Positions 34,027 to 45,261 of a DNA stretch of 64,000 bases are shown piece by piece; the stretch's first letter is position 1; the number at the start of each line of letters is the position of its first letter. The translations under genes were made by a program, and so were the position numbers. Below the pieces are notes generated by a model. It saw only the letters and a list, made by a program, of their open reading frames with translations, searched no databases and had not been told where the DNA came from. Source of the stretch: Naegleria gruberi (Eukaryota); the NCBI GenBank assembly GCA_000004985.1, contig GG738872.1. One strand, 5' to 3'.

Positions 34027-35184
34027 TTACAATGAAAAGTGATAGAATTCTCTTCTGAATTTTAAATCACCATAATCACAATAGAATCTACAGGGTGATT
34101 TCAATTCAAATTTGTAATAACCAGTATCTATTATACCTCCATAGTAAGAGTGATCGTAATAGAAATAATCGAACGTTGTTGTGTGCTCTGCAATCATTTC
34201 AAAAGTGCTAGTTGTTTTTTTAGTGTCCACAATATCTGGACTAAAGGTGGATGATTCGATTACTCGAAGTTTTTCTCTTTTGGTGTAGATTCCAGCTAAT
34301 GTATCTGTCATGCAAACAAAGAAACATCCAATTAAGACTCTGTACACTCCAATTTCTTTACAATCGTGGAAAGTACTAGGATTTCCCTTATTGTAAATTC
34401 TACCTTTCAGTTTTTTAGGTGTAAAATGTCTGTAAATTTGGTCAATTGTGAGGAGATTGTAAGAATGTTTGAGGTTTGTTAAATCCAACATGAAACATGA
34501 ATTGCTGCCATCAATTTTCCCCATCAGTAGGTAACTAGTCAAGTTTGTGGTTTTACAAGAATCAAACGTTTTGAGCTTGATATAAACTTGCTTTTTTTCT
34601 GGATCAACATCAAGAACATCGACCAATCTTGAAAGTATTTCATTCTCTAACATAACCTTCGAACTGGATAAATTCAAATATTTGACAATTTCTGTGATGG
34701 AATTGAATTTCAAATCAAATTCAATACGTATCATGTTAGCATTCTTTCTATCTGTCTTTACAATCTTTTTGAAAATATCCCCCCTCGTACTCTTATTTGC
34801 CTTGTTGAAACTCTGTTTTTCAATTCTATTTAAATGATCAAAATCACATTTGAATCGAATAATTATCTTGGATTGTTTAGTATAAATGTTATTATCATTA
34901 TAAATTGTTGAATATAAACTGCCATTATAGAGCTCATTCTCTAGCCTAAAGTCTTCATTTGTTCCTTCGATAATTGGTTCATAATTTTGTTTATCCATAA
35001 AGCATTCTTTTAGTTGATGTTCAAAATCCTGTTTTCGTCCACAAAAATTGACTTTTGTCTTGACAATTATTCCAAAACTTTTCAAAATTTCCAAAAGAGA
35101 AGATGAATCAACAACTGACAATGCCTCTCTATGTTTCTTATCTTTAGGTATTTTTATTGGATGGTTGAATTGACTTGAAGACAT
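34027..35184 (-). CDS. Hypothetical protein (385 aa, single exon). Contains a K-I-D-G element but no convincing nucleotidyltransferase motif set
   Basis: Clean ORF with ATG at 35182-35184 in an A-rich context. No confident family recognised. Confidence 0.45.
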   Translation of the reverse strand: MSSSQFNHPIKIPKDKKHREALSVVDSSSLLEILKSFGIIVKTKVNFCGRKQDFEHQLKECFMDKQNYEPIIEGTNEDFRLENELYNGSLYSTIYNDNNIYTKQSKIIIRFKCDFDHLNRIEKQSFNKANKSTRGDIFKKIVKTDRKNANMIRIEFDLKFNSITEIVKYLNLSSSKVMLENEILSRLVDVLDVDPEKKQVYIKLKTFDSCKTTNLTSYLLMGKIDGSNSCFMLDLTNLKHSYNLLTIDQIYRHFTPKKLKGRIYNKGNPSTFHDCKEIGVYRVLIGCFFVCMTDTLAGIYTKREKLRVIESSTFSPDIVDTKKTTSTFEMIAEHTTTFDYFYYDHSYYGGIIDTGYYKFELKSPCRFYCDYGDLKFRREFYHFSL

Positions 35185-35259
35185 TTTTTTGTTTAGAGAG
35201 TATGAACTTCAATTCCACAAGTTCACTTCTTAATAAACATATAAAAATAACTTTAAAAA
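35185..35259. promoter_or_regulatory. 75-bp AT-rich head-to-head intergenic region shared by divergent genes 34027..35184 (-) and 35260..36600 (+). Putative bidirectional promoter
   Basis: Start codons of the two divergent genes are only 75 bp apart. Inference only. Confidence 0.3.
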
Positions 35260-36600
35260 ATGCAAACACAATCTTGTCCGGTAACAGGTGATTCTGATTC
35301 TACAATATTACCACTTGTAGCCATGATCGGAAGCAAAATGTCTTCTTTTCAATCGTTCTTCATGCTCAAGGCCAGAATGTTGTATCATTGTAAAGGGTTG
35401 GATAAAAGGTATTTTGAAAAATGTCAAAAGATTGCCTATGAATCGAGAGGACATTTCAGAATTACTGCCTTTGATATAATGTGGAATGAGAGTGGATACA
35501 GGGATAAGACATTTGATTTAAGATATGACAAAATGAATGATGAATTTAAAATGGGAATATTATATGAAAATAATAGAAAATTAAAGAGTTTGATGAAGAT
35601 TTCATTAATGGCTGATGGACATATTGTGGCCATTGATTTGGAGGAGTATCAATATTCAACTAACTCCAAAAAATACATTGAAACAATGAGAGAGCATTTT
35701 CTTATTGCAAAAATGAGTGGAAAACATTGTATGATAATTGTAAATATTTCAGAATTTGATAGAACATTTGAAAAACTTAATGATTTGATGGAAGAAATTC
35801 AGAAAATTTTGAAGGAATTTTCCATGTCAAATATTCACATTGTTGGTATTCAAGGTAATTCCAATTTCTCCAAATTGGATCCATTTGAAAGGATGCCTCA
35901 TCCATTGTTTTCCAAATTAACTTGTACCGAAGCAATAATTGAATTCAGAAAGGAAATTGTGAAAGAAATTGAAAATACTCAGATTACCCAAAATAATGAA
36001 GGAGACAGTTTAGTGTATGCAGTTATGGGAAAGGAGAAAATAGGAGGGATTGGAACTACAGTGATTGGAAGAGTAATTTCTGGTTCTATTCAATTTGATC
36101 AAGAGGTAAAAATTACAGAAACAATTCTCTCAAATGTGAAAAGCTTAGAAATATTTCACGAGAATCAAACCAAAGTGAATAGAGGAGATTTTTGTGGGGT
36201 GGCATTGAAAAATGTTAGAATGGTTGACATTACAAGAGGTAGTTTGATTGGAATAGATCCAAGTCATACATTTGAGGCCATAGTTTACATAACACACTCA
36301 CCAAAGAAAGGATGGAAAGTTGGAGTGACACCCATAGTATTTTCAACTTGTGTGGGGGAGGCCTGTAGAGTTATTGAAATAGTGGAAAGGTTGAACAAAA
36401 AGACAAAGACCCCTCTTGTTTCCAAACCAAGCAATTGTAAAGAAAACGAATTAGTTAGATTGAGATTTAGTTGTCATAAGGGCATTCAACTATTCAGTGA
36501 GGAACGATGGAGAAGAATCATTTTAATTCACAATAACAAAGTCATGGGAGGTGGTTTTATTACCTTGGTTGGTGGTACTCATTACAATGAGAATAAATAA
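35260..36600 (+). CDS. eEF1A-like translational-GTPase paralog with degenerate GTP-binding motifs (predicted pseudo-GTPase), 446 aa
   Basis: Collinear with eEF1A over its whole length: N-terminus ...IGSKMSSFQSFFMLKARMLYHCKGLDKRYFEKCQKIAYESRGHFRITAFDIMWNE vs eEF1A [49 protein letters not shown]. Domain II KIGGIGTTVIGRVISGSIQFDQEV vs eEF1A [24 protein letters not shown]. The P-loop GHVDSGKS is replaced by GSKMSSFQ, there is no DxxG, and NKxD is replaced by NISEFD. Confidence 0.7.
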   Translation: MQTQSCPVTGDSDSTILPLVAMIGSKMSSFQSFFMLKARMLYHCKGLDKRYFEKCQKIAYESRGHFRITAFDIMWNESGYRDKTFDLRYDKMNDEFKMGILYENNRKLKSLMKISLMADGHIVAIDLEEYQYSTNSKKYIETMREHFLIAKMSGKHCMIIVNISEFDRTFEKLNDLMEEIQKILKEFSMSNIHIVGIQGNSNFSKLDPFERMPHPLFSKLTCTEAIIEFRKEIVKEIENTQITQNNEGDSLVYAVMGKEKIGGIGTTVIGRVISGSIQFDQEVKITETILSNVKSLEIFHENQTKVNRGDFCGVALKNVRMVDITRGSLIGIDPSHTFEAIVYITHSPKKGWKVGVTPIVFSTCVGEACRVIEIVERLNKKTKTPLVSKPSNCKENELVRLRFSCHKGIQLFSEERWRRIILIHNNKVMGGGFITLVGGTHYNENK

Positions 36601-36776
36601 AAATCATCGATAATAATTAATTTACCTCATGATTTTAAAATCAATTTTCAAGCTTTAACCTGGATAACACCAAATGAACAAAAAAGTTCCTCAAGATAAC
36701 TTTTATGAATATCAAATAGAAGCAAAAATCTCCTCACAATAAAAAAAAATAGAACGATCAATAAGGAGAAGACAAC

Positions 36777-37900
36777 ATGACAAAAGGATCCATCAGATTG
36801 GCATTAGATAAACCATATTATATTGCCGGAGAGGTAATTACTGGTAATTGTGAGGTGAATATTTCTCAACCTGTACAAGCTGCTGCCCTCACTATTAAAT
36901 GGAAAGGAATGGAAAGAACCAAGTTTGTTATTTCTAGAATGGAGACTTATGATGCTGGTGGTGGTAGAACAGAAACTAGAACAGTCCATGATAAGTTTGA
37001 ACAAGAAAAGACCTTCTTCAAGACTCAAATGGTTTTAGGTTAGTTTTTATTAATGATCAAAAATTGTTAATGAGCAAAATATTAATATGTGTGATGATGA
37101 TTTAATTATATTTGCAATGAATTAATTATTTAAAATTAATAGGAAGTTTTAATGGAGGAATGGCAATGCCAGGTACTTATTCATTCCCTTTCCAATTCCA
37201 ATTACCAGCTGATTTGCCAGGTGGATGCAACATTCATCGTACTGAATTCGGAAATGAATATAGAGCAGCTATTATTTACAAAGTTAAATCCAATTTGGAT
37301 AATGTTAATGAAAAGGATATTAAGGATAAGAGATACTTGTCAATTGTTCCTAGATCTTTGACTGTTCCTCAACCAGTTAGTTGTCACAATGAAAAGAGTT
37401 TCCTCTTTGGTGGTTCAGGAAAGCTTTTCATGGATGCTACCATTCCAAAGAATGTTTTCATTCCAGGTGAAACAGTTCCTGTCCGAGTTATTATTGACAA
37501 TCAATCAAAGAAGAATGTTGACAAATTGAAAGTTAAACTTATGCGTGATGTTAAACTCAATTGTAAGGGAAGAACAATTCAATATTCAGAAGAAGTCAAT
37601 CGTAATGTTTTCAATGGAGTTGACAAGAAATCAAAACATGATAATGTATTGAATTATGGTTTACCAGCAAACATTTTCCCAAGTACTGAAGGTTCAATGA
37701 TTTCCCATATTTATCACTTGGATATTGAATGTGATGTTGCGTAAGTTTTATATTAATTTTCATCATGTTATTAATTCAATATTACACTTAGAATGGCATT
37801 CGATTTGGAAGTTCACCCACGTATTGAAATTATCTTCATGCCAGCCATGAATCAAGCTTTCTATTTCTATGATAATATGCCAAAAGGGTGTTGGAAGTAA
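36777..37900 (+). CDS. Arrestin-domain-containing protein (ARRDC/Aly-like; N and C arrestin lobes), three exons (36777..37038, 37143..37740, 37792..37900)
   Basis: Arrestin-N-like start (SIRLALDKPYYIAGEVITGNCEVNISQPVQAAALTIKWKGMERTKF) and an arrestin-C-like second lobe. Introns of 104 nt (37039..37142) and 51 nt (37741..37791), both GT..AG and AT-rich. Confidence 0.65.
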
Positions 37901-38057
37901 ATGTTACTAATAAATTTTGTATCAAAACTGAAACCCATACAAATTCTGGATAAAGGAAAATAATTTCTCTTCTTTAATTGTCGCTGATTACTCCCTAAAA
38001 TGTAAAATGATGTACCTCATATTAACATATCTCTAAGAATTACATCAATCAACCTCA

Positions 38058-39278
38058 ATGGTCATCTTGACATCATTAAACATTGAGGCATCGTTGAATT
38101 TCACCAAAACAGAAAAAAGAATGCCACACCACAAACCTCGCTCTGTAATTATTGATGTTGGCTCATTGCACACAAAAGCAGGCTTTGATGGAGAGTCAAC
38201 TCCTCGAGTAATTGCAACACTACTTGCCAAACAAAAGATTACACATTCCAGTACTAGAAATGTTCTAATGCATTTACAGAATCCACTTGTTTCACCCAAG
38301 AAGGAATACATGATTGGAAAGGAAATTAAGAATCAAAGTGCAATGAATATGGCTCTTTTTCATCCAGTGGAAAGAGGAAAATTCAAAGATTTGAAACAAT
38401 TGGAGAAATTGTGGGATTACATGTATGAAACTGAATTGAAAGTTTCAACTAGTGATTGTAATTTGTTAATTGCTGATAATATTTTCAATCCTGAAGAGAA
38501 TAGACAGAGAGAGCATTGTGCTCAAATATTATTCGAATCTCTAAAAGTGCCCAGTCTCTTTTTCGAGCATCAATCTGTTCTGTCAATGTTTGGGGCAGGA
38601 AAATTGACAGGCGTTTTAATTGATTCAGGATATGGAATCACCCATACTATTCCATTCTTTGAAGGAATTCCTTTAAGAGATGCAATTGAAGTTTCTAATT
38701 TTGGAAGTCAAGATTTGGATCAATTTTTAATGAATTGTTTAATTAATCTTTCGGATAATTTGAAAATTAATCAAATTAAACAATGCATAAAAAATATTAA
38801 GGAAGAATTATGTTTCATTAAGGCAGATCCACTTGCTCACAGTGATTGTAAACCTTATGAACTGCCAGATGGAACAATGGTAGCTCTGAGAAATGAACTA
38901 TTCGAAGGCGGTGAACTATTCTTCAAACATCAATTAGCAGATAAGAGTTTCCATGGTATTCATCAAATGGCACATCGATCCATTCTCAAATGTGAACCAG
39001 AAATTAGAAAAGATCTCTATTCTAATGTTGTACTAACAGGTGGAAATTGTAAATTATTTGGAATAGAACATCGATTAAAGAGAGAAATGAAATCACTCAC
39101 AGGAAAACAAATTAAAATTCACTCGACTCATTACCATGATAAGGAATGTTTGAGTTTTATTGGTGGTTCAATAATAACTTCAATATCGACGATGGATGAG
39201 GCATGGATAACAAAGAAGGAATGGGATGAAATTGGACCTGATGCATTCATAAGAAAGGGAACAATTATTATTGATTAA
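38058..39278 (+). CDS. Divergent actin-related protein, most similar to Arp10/Arp11 (dynactin ACTR10)
   Basis: SVIIDVGSLHTKAGFDGESTPRVIATLLAKQ vs human ACTR10 [31 protein letters not shown]. The actin-fold core is conserved (GVLIDSGYGITHTIPFFEGIPL). The start may instead be the internal MPHHKPRS at 38121. Confidence 0.6.
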   Translation: MVILTSLNIEASLNFTKTEKRMPHHKPRSVIIDVGSLHTKAGFDGESTPRVIATLLAKQKITHSSTRNVLMHLQNPLVSPKKEYMIGKEIKNQSAMNMALFHPVERGKFKDLKQLEKLWDYMYETELKVSTSDCNLLIADNIFNPEENRQREHCAQILFESLKVPSLFFEHQSVLSMFGAGKLTGVLIDSGYGITHTIPFFEGIPLRDAIEVSNFGSQDLDQFLMNCLINLSDNLKINQIKQCIKNIKEELCFIKADPLAHSDCKPYELPDGTMVALRNELFEGGELFFKHQLADKSFHGIHQMAHRSILKCEPEIRKDLYSNVVLTGGNCKLFGIEHRLKREMKSLTGKQIKIHSTHYHDKECLSFIGGSIITSISTMDEAWITKKEWDEIGPDAFIRKGTIIID

Positions 39279-39688
39279 TTATTCCCCAATAAAAATTAGT
39301 TAAAAAGTTGCTAAATTTGTTAATAAAAACTAGAGTTTTTGAGTTATTATTTCTGGCCAATTAACACGTTTCATAAAAGATCAGGACTATTATTACTCTA
39401 ATGTCATTCTATCTATGAAATTTTGTTCTCGATTCCAATTAGAAGAAATTTTTTGTAAATGACGTCAAACATTCTCCAACCAACGATTACTAATCCTATC
39501 ACCTCTGAATACCAAACAACCAATACAGTGCTACAACAAAATATCAACCCACACAAACATCTCTATGATGAGCTTCTTCAATGTACAATGAACTCTGAAG
39601 AGAGGGAAAATGAATAGAACTTTAATTCCTCTTTCATCTGCGTTCTGATAAAACATCAGCAAACCAATCAAACAATTATTTTAAAAAA

Positions 39689-40498
39689 ATGGGACAAAAA
39701 GGATCAAGCAATTCATCTTCATCATCATCGACAACAACCAATAGTACCTACAACAATCACTCTAATACATCGAACCAAACCAAGACAACTCAATCATCAA
39801 ATAATAGTGGTAATAATAATACATCTAATAATACTACGGCTGCTGCTTCTACTACAACAACAAATAATACATCTTCTACAACAAATAGTGTCAAGAGTGG
39901 AGACGAAATGGAAAAATTATATGCTAAATATGCTGCAATGGACGTTAAAGATCCAGATTCTGAAGATGATGTTGATTACATAGGAACTGAAGGTTTACTT
40001 AAATTAGCTGAGGATATAGGAATTAATCCGGAGCAAAGAATCATGTTGATTATGCTCTATAAAATTGGAGCAACTGAACAATACAAAGTTAAACATAAAG
40101 AATTCGTTGATGGATTTAAGAGAAATAACTGTCAATCATTGAGTGATATGAAGAGCAAAGTTAGTAGTTGGGAACAACCAATTACTAGCAACAATACTGA
40201 ATTTAAAAAGTTTTACGTTTGGTGTTACAACTACTCAAAAGAACCAGGTGCAAAGTCAATGTCTTGCGAAATGGCCTCTGCTACATGGCGTTTACTTTTA
40301 AGTGACAGATATAAGAAGATTAACGAATGGTGTGATTATATTGAAAATACTTACAAGAGAGCAATTCAAAAGGACTCTTGGGATCTTTTCATTGATTTTG
40401 TTCATAATGTTGGTGATGATCTTTCTAGATATGATTCAAATGATGCTTGGCCCGTAATTGTTGACGATTGGTGCACTCTTCTTCAAAAGAAACAATAA
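39689..40498 (+). CDS. DCN1-like protein (defective in cullin neddylation 1; PONY domain) with an N/S/T-rich N-terminus
   Basis: C-terminal 200 aa carry the PONY/DCUN1 domain (...YKVKHKEFVDGFKRNNCQSLSDMK...FKKFYVWCYNYSKEPGAKSMSCEMASATWRLLL...DAWPVIVDDWCTLLQ). Confidence 0.85.
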   Translation: MGQKGSSNSSSSSSTTTNSTYNNHSNTSNQTKTTQSSNNSGNNNTSNNTTAAASTTTTNNTSSTTNSVKSGDEMEKLYAKYAAMDVKDPDSEDDVDYIGTEGLLKLAEDIGINPEQRIMLIMLYKIGATEQYKVKHKEFVDGFKRNNCQSLSDMKSKVSSWEQPITSNNTEFKKFYVWCYNYSKEPGAKSMSCEMASATWRLLLSDRYKKINEWCDYIENTYKRAIQKDSWDLFIDFVHNVGDDLSRYDSNDAWPVIVDDWCTLLQKKQ

Positions 40499-40744
40499 TT
40501 CTTGAAGAGAAAGGAGCTAGTTAATAAGTGTCACTAATCATATGTAAATATATAATAATTAATTTATACAATTTCACAAATAAATGATCCGATCCAATTG
40601 ATAAATAATAGAGAATTTAATTATTACTAGTATTTCTTTGATTTTACATTCTCGTTTCACGTTTTACATTCGGATCTCAAACTCTTTCCAATCACTTAAT
40701 CAATTTAAACATCATATGGAAGTATAATTGAGATTGCAACAGTT

Positions 40745-42025
40745 TCATTCATATAACAAATCTCGTGCATAAATGAGTACACTGTACTTGTTTAAGAATT
40801 GAGAAGCATGAGTTTGTTCAACGTAGACATGACCCCATTCACTCATATCTTGATCTTCTTTTTTGCTCATAACAACTTTAAATTCTTTTGTAAGCCATGA
40901 ACTAACATTGACCATATGTAAACGTAATGGAGCTGAGGAAACTTCATCATTTCTCTTTGCATTCTTGGATATGTGTTCCTCAATTCTGTCATACAAGAGT
41001 GAAAATCCACAATTACAAGTCTCTCTAAAAACGTTACCATATTCAGGAGATTCAATCAAATCCGACAATTCAAAGAGTAATTTTTGAACCTTATCATTTT
41101 CTTCACCCTTGTCTTTGGCTAATTGTGAAAGATCAGGTAAGATTAAGTTTGGTAATTTAAATTCACTAGTAGATTCTTCGTTATTATCCAATTTTTGATC
41201 TATTTGCTTTCTAATAGATTCTACAAGCTCCTTAAAATCATTAGTGGCAAATTGATGTTTTAACGATAAATCTAAAACGTGAGCTTTAACAACATTTTCT
41301 ACAAGAGAAATTAATTTTGGCAACCCAACATCATTGAAATAAGCTGCATAACCTAAAAATCTATGTTGTGAAACTCTATCGGAAGAAAGTGACAAATGGT
41401 TTTTCAATTTTTCATCTTCAAATCCTTCTTCTATTTTCTTATTGTTAAAAGTATGCTCCATATATAAATGTCTTCCGATCATTGATATTTGAATTGAAAT
41501 AATTGTATCCATTAAACAAAGAGCATAGATAGATGAAATTGTCCTTGCCAAAGAATCAATTTTAATCTTTTCCCAAACTTGTTTCTTTCTTGATGCCGAA
41601 ATGTCTTTTTGTGTTTTTAATTCCTCCACAAGTGATTCAATTGGATATTGTTCATTTAAATGATTAAAAATCTGTAGCAATGATCAGCAATATTATCAAT
41701 AAAAACCACATACATTTGGTAAAACAGAAATCAAGGCTAACTTGGCAGCATTACTATTCTCTGAAAATAAATATTTCATTTGTTGTTCTCTTTTAGCCTT
41801 TTCCTTTGTTTCATCCTTTCGTTTCTTGTACCAATAGTAAGTTAACCCTCCACCAATTCCTAGCACAGATGCAATAGCACCAGTCCAAATCAATTTTTGT
41901 TTGTGTTTCTTAAAGAATCCATTGAACATTTTTTTATCAAGTTGTTTTTTTATTCCGATCGCAAGCTTTTGGCGCAAAGATTGTTTATTTAGCTTCAAGG
42001 AAGGAGAGACAAGGAGAAATTTCAT
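40745..42025 (-). CDS. PEX3: Peroxisomal biogenesis factor 3 (peroxin-3), two exons (41714..42025, 40745..41671)
   Basis: N-terminal exon FNGFFKKHKQKLIWTGAIASVLGIGGGLTYYWYKK, cf. human PEX3 [30 protein letters not shown]. Second exon ...ISSIYALCLMDTIISIQISMIGRHLY (human [25 protein letters not shown]) and VFRETCNCGFSLLYDRIEEH (human [20 protein letters not shown]). A 42-nt intron (41672..41713, gtatgt...ctacag). Translation may initiate at the internal Met at 41929. Confidence 0.8.
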
Positions 42026-42231
42026 CTAGAAGAAGGATCAACAAATTCAAGCAAATTATTGTTGTTATTGTTACTAGATAGTTAGACAATTTTCATTTTG
42101 TGGGGCAATTTTATCATAGGTTAGAAATGGATTAGAAAAAGAGCAACAATAACAACGACTATTTATTTGACGCTAGGAGATGACGAAGGAGTTGAAAAAT
42201 CTTTTTCAAATTTATTAAAATATTTAAAAAA

Positions 42232-45109
42232 ATGTTCGAAAAGAGTCTTCAAGATATGGTAAAAGGCATTCGTGCCAATAAAGCCACCGAAGATGCTTAT
42301 ATTCGATCATGTGTTTCTGAAATTAAAGATGAACTCAGAGCCAATGATATTAAAAAGAAGGCTGTTGCTGTACAAAAATTAACTTATGTAGGTGTTATTT
42401 GTTGATGATCGTAGGATTAAATTTTATTAGTTACATATGTTGGGATATGACATGAATTGGGCAGCTTTTCATATTTTGGAAGTTATGAGTAGTCCAATCT
42501 TTACTTACAAGAGAATTGGTTATCTTGCTGCTTCTCTTGGTTTTACACCACAAACTGATGTTATTTTACTTACTCATCAATTGTTTAGAAAGGAATTGAA
42601 GAGTGCTAATCAATATGATACAGGTCTTGCTGTTTCTGCTATTGCTAATATTGCTACTCCAGACTTGGCAAAGGATTTGGCATCGGAAATTTTGGGACTT
42701 TTCAACTCATCTAGACAATATATTAGAAAGAAGTCTGTCTTGTGTATGTACAAGATTTTCCTTCAATATCCAGATGCATTGAGACCATCCTTCCCTAAAC
42801 TTAAGGAAAAGTTGAGTGATTCTCATCCTTGTAGGTATTAGATATTTCATATTATCTAATTAACATTATTGAATAGCTGTTATTTCTTCTGCTGTCAATG
42901 TTATTTGTGAATTGGCTAGAAAGAATCCAAAGAATTACCTTGGTATGGCTCCAATCTTCTACAAGTTGTTGACCAATGTAACTAACAATTGGACCCTAAT
43001 CAAGATTGTCAAGTTGATGGGCTCATTGGCTCCTCATGAACCAAGATTGGCCAAGAAGCTCGTTGAACCAATTGCTAATATTATTTCAACCACTCCAGCA
43101 AAGAGTTTGCTCTATGAATGTCTTATTACTGTTACTATCGGTATGCAAGAACATATGACAGTTGTCAAATTGGCTGTTGACAAACTCAAGTCATTTGTTG
43201 AAGATAAGGATCAAAATCTCAAGTACCTCGGTCTTGCTGGTTTGAATAACTTGTTATCTAAATATCCAAAAGTTATTTCTGATATGAAGGATACTATTAT
43301 GGAGTGTTTGGAAGATCAAGATGTCACCATTAGATATAGAGCTTTGGACTTGTTATGTGGCGTTGTAAACCAAAAGAATATTAAGGGTATTGTTAGCAAG
43401 TTGTTGAAGCAATTGGAAAAGGCTGAAGGTGATTACAGAGATTTCCTCATTGAAAGAATTATTACTTCATGCTCAAAGGACAATTATAAGGCTATTGCCA
43501 ACTTTAAGTGGTATTTGGACATTTTAATCCAATTGACCAACATTAAGTCTGCTCAACATGGTAAATTGATTGCTCAACACATTATGGATGTCTTGATTAG
43601 AGTTAAGAGTCTCAGACAACATGGTGTCAATGAAATGATCTCCTTGTTGACTTCTCCTCACTTGCTCACTGAAAGCTCTGAAACTTCAAGCGTTTTTGAT
43701 GTATTGTATGCTGCTTCTTGGACTATTGGTGAATTATTACATCTTCAGAATTCTCATTGGACACTGAAAAGGAATCTGAAGTTTATCAAGATCCTAATGC
43801 TCCAGTTAGTAACTATCAACGACAAAGAGATGTCTTTATCATCAAGGGAACTGCCAAGAAGAAACCTGTTGCTACTACTGGTGAACCAAAGAAAGTTAAG
43901 AAGACTACCACAAAGAAGGTCAAGAAGACTAAGAAGTATGATGATGAAAATGAAGAGCCAATGCAAGTCAGTACTGAATTTGAACAAGTTGAAGGTTATG
44001 TTCCACCAAAAGCTAAGGCTGTCGAAACTGAAGATGCTCTCAGTAAGATTGATCTTACTGCTCCAATTGGTGCTGATGAAATATTGCCAACAATCAAGGC
44101 TTATCCAGTTGGATCATCTCCAATTATTCCAAAGAAGGAAAAGGAAGTTCCAGTCAAGAAAACCAAGGAAGCAAAGTCAGAAACCACCACAAAGAAGAAG
44201 GTTAAGAAGACCAAAGAAGGTGCTACTGAAGGAGAAGTCAAGAAAAAGAAGAAGGTTGTCAAGAAGGCTCCAGAATCAAGCAAGCAATTGATTGACTTCT
44301 TTGACACTCCTGAAGCTTCCGAACCAAAGGTTGAAAAGAAGACTACCAAGAAGAAGGCTTCTTCTGAACCAAAGTCTGAAAAGAAGGCCAGTGCAGGAAA
44401 GAAAGGTTTGAAACTCTTGTGTAGAGACGAACATGTTAAGGTATATTACAATACTAAGGCCTTCCCATTGGATGGTACCACTTTATCAATTCCAATTTCA
44501 TTGGAAAATGTTTCTGATGAAGATGTTAACGCTATTGCCTACAATATTGACAGTACTATGAATCTCAAATTCATTAGACCTGGAATGCAACAAACTGGTG
44601 TAGTTCGTTGTGGATTCTCTCTTGCCCCAGAGTCAACCAACACACTCAATCCATCCTTCACATTCCAATCATTTGTCAGACAACAACAAGTTACAGGTTT
44701 TGTAGAATATACTCTTGGTACTGAAGACAAACGTAGATTGGACTTTACTATGAAGATTCCATCTTCAATGTTCTTTGTACAAAAACGTGTAACTACTGAA
44801 GAATTTGCCAACTTGATCAAGACTGGTCAATTACCTCACCTTTCTTCAACCAACTGTACCCTTAACGAAAAGATTACCAATGTAAATGATGCTGCTAAGG
44901 AAATTGCCAGACAACTTCGTTTAACTGTTGTTGATTATGTTGCTGACACTGTTTATCAAATGTATGGTAACTCGTGTCAAAATCATCATTTGGCTGTTTT
45001 AGTTAAAGCCAAATCAGCAACCTCTGTTTCTGTTGAACTCAGAACAACTGATGACAACCTGAGCACTTCTCTCATCCAAGAAGTTGCTATGCTCTTCAAG
45101 GAAAAGTAA
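42232..45109 (+). CDS. AP-3 adaptor complex delta subunit, three exons (42232..42387, 42431..42830, 42877..45109), with an apparent 1-nt frame break near 43767
   Basis: Near-collinear with human AP3D1 from MFEKSLQDMVKGIRANK through the trunk and the C-terminal ear. Introns of 43 nt (42388..42430) and 46 nt (42831..42876). Conservation follows one frame through ...HLQNSHWTLK (human HLQEPHHTLE), then continues in the -1 frame (ESEVYQDPNAP...DVFIIKGTAKKK, cf. human NPFYIKSSPSPQK) up to the stop at 45109. Confidence 0.8.
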
Positions 45110-45261
45110 ATAAAACAATCTCTTGAGACATGTTAATTATTCTTTACAGTTACATCCTTCATGAATTTCTGTCAATCAACAAATTCATTTTCATTCATAT
45201 TAATTTTTTAATTAAAAAGTAAATTGATTCTATTTTTAATTACATCATAATTATTAAAAAA

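Noticed and set aside
34027-35184. K-I-D-G element in the 385-aa hypothetical protein, which suggested a capping-enzyme/ligase nucleotidyltransferase motif I (KxDG)
   Set aside because: The flanking residues and the remaining nucleotidyltransferase motifs (III, IV, V) are not recognisable. A lone KxDG is not evidence. Left as hypothetical.
39455-39625. Perfect CRE/ATF palindrome TGACGTCA at 39460-39467 and a 53-codon ORF (39461..39622) upstream of DCN1
   Set aside because: A single 8-mer can occur by chance and there is no support for function. The ORF is short, below the track threshold and has no recognisable domain. It probably lies in the DCN1 promoter or 5' UTR.
43725-43835. Possible ultra-short (20-23 nt) GT..AG introns that would repair the AP-3 delta and HEI10 frame breaks
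   Set aside because: All well-supported introns in this window are 37-188 nt. The tiny candidates would delete conserved residues (the RING cysteine; the AP3D1 HLQxxHxTL block). A 1-nt homopolymer error explains both cases better.
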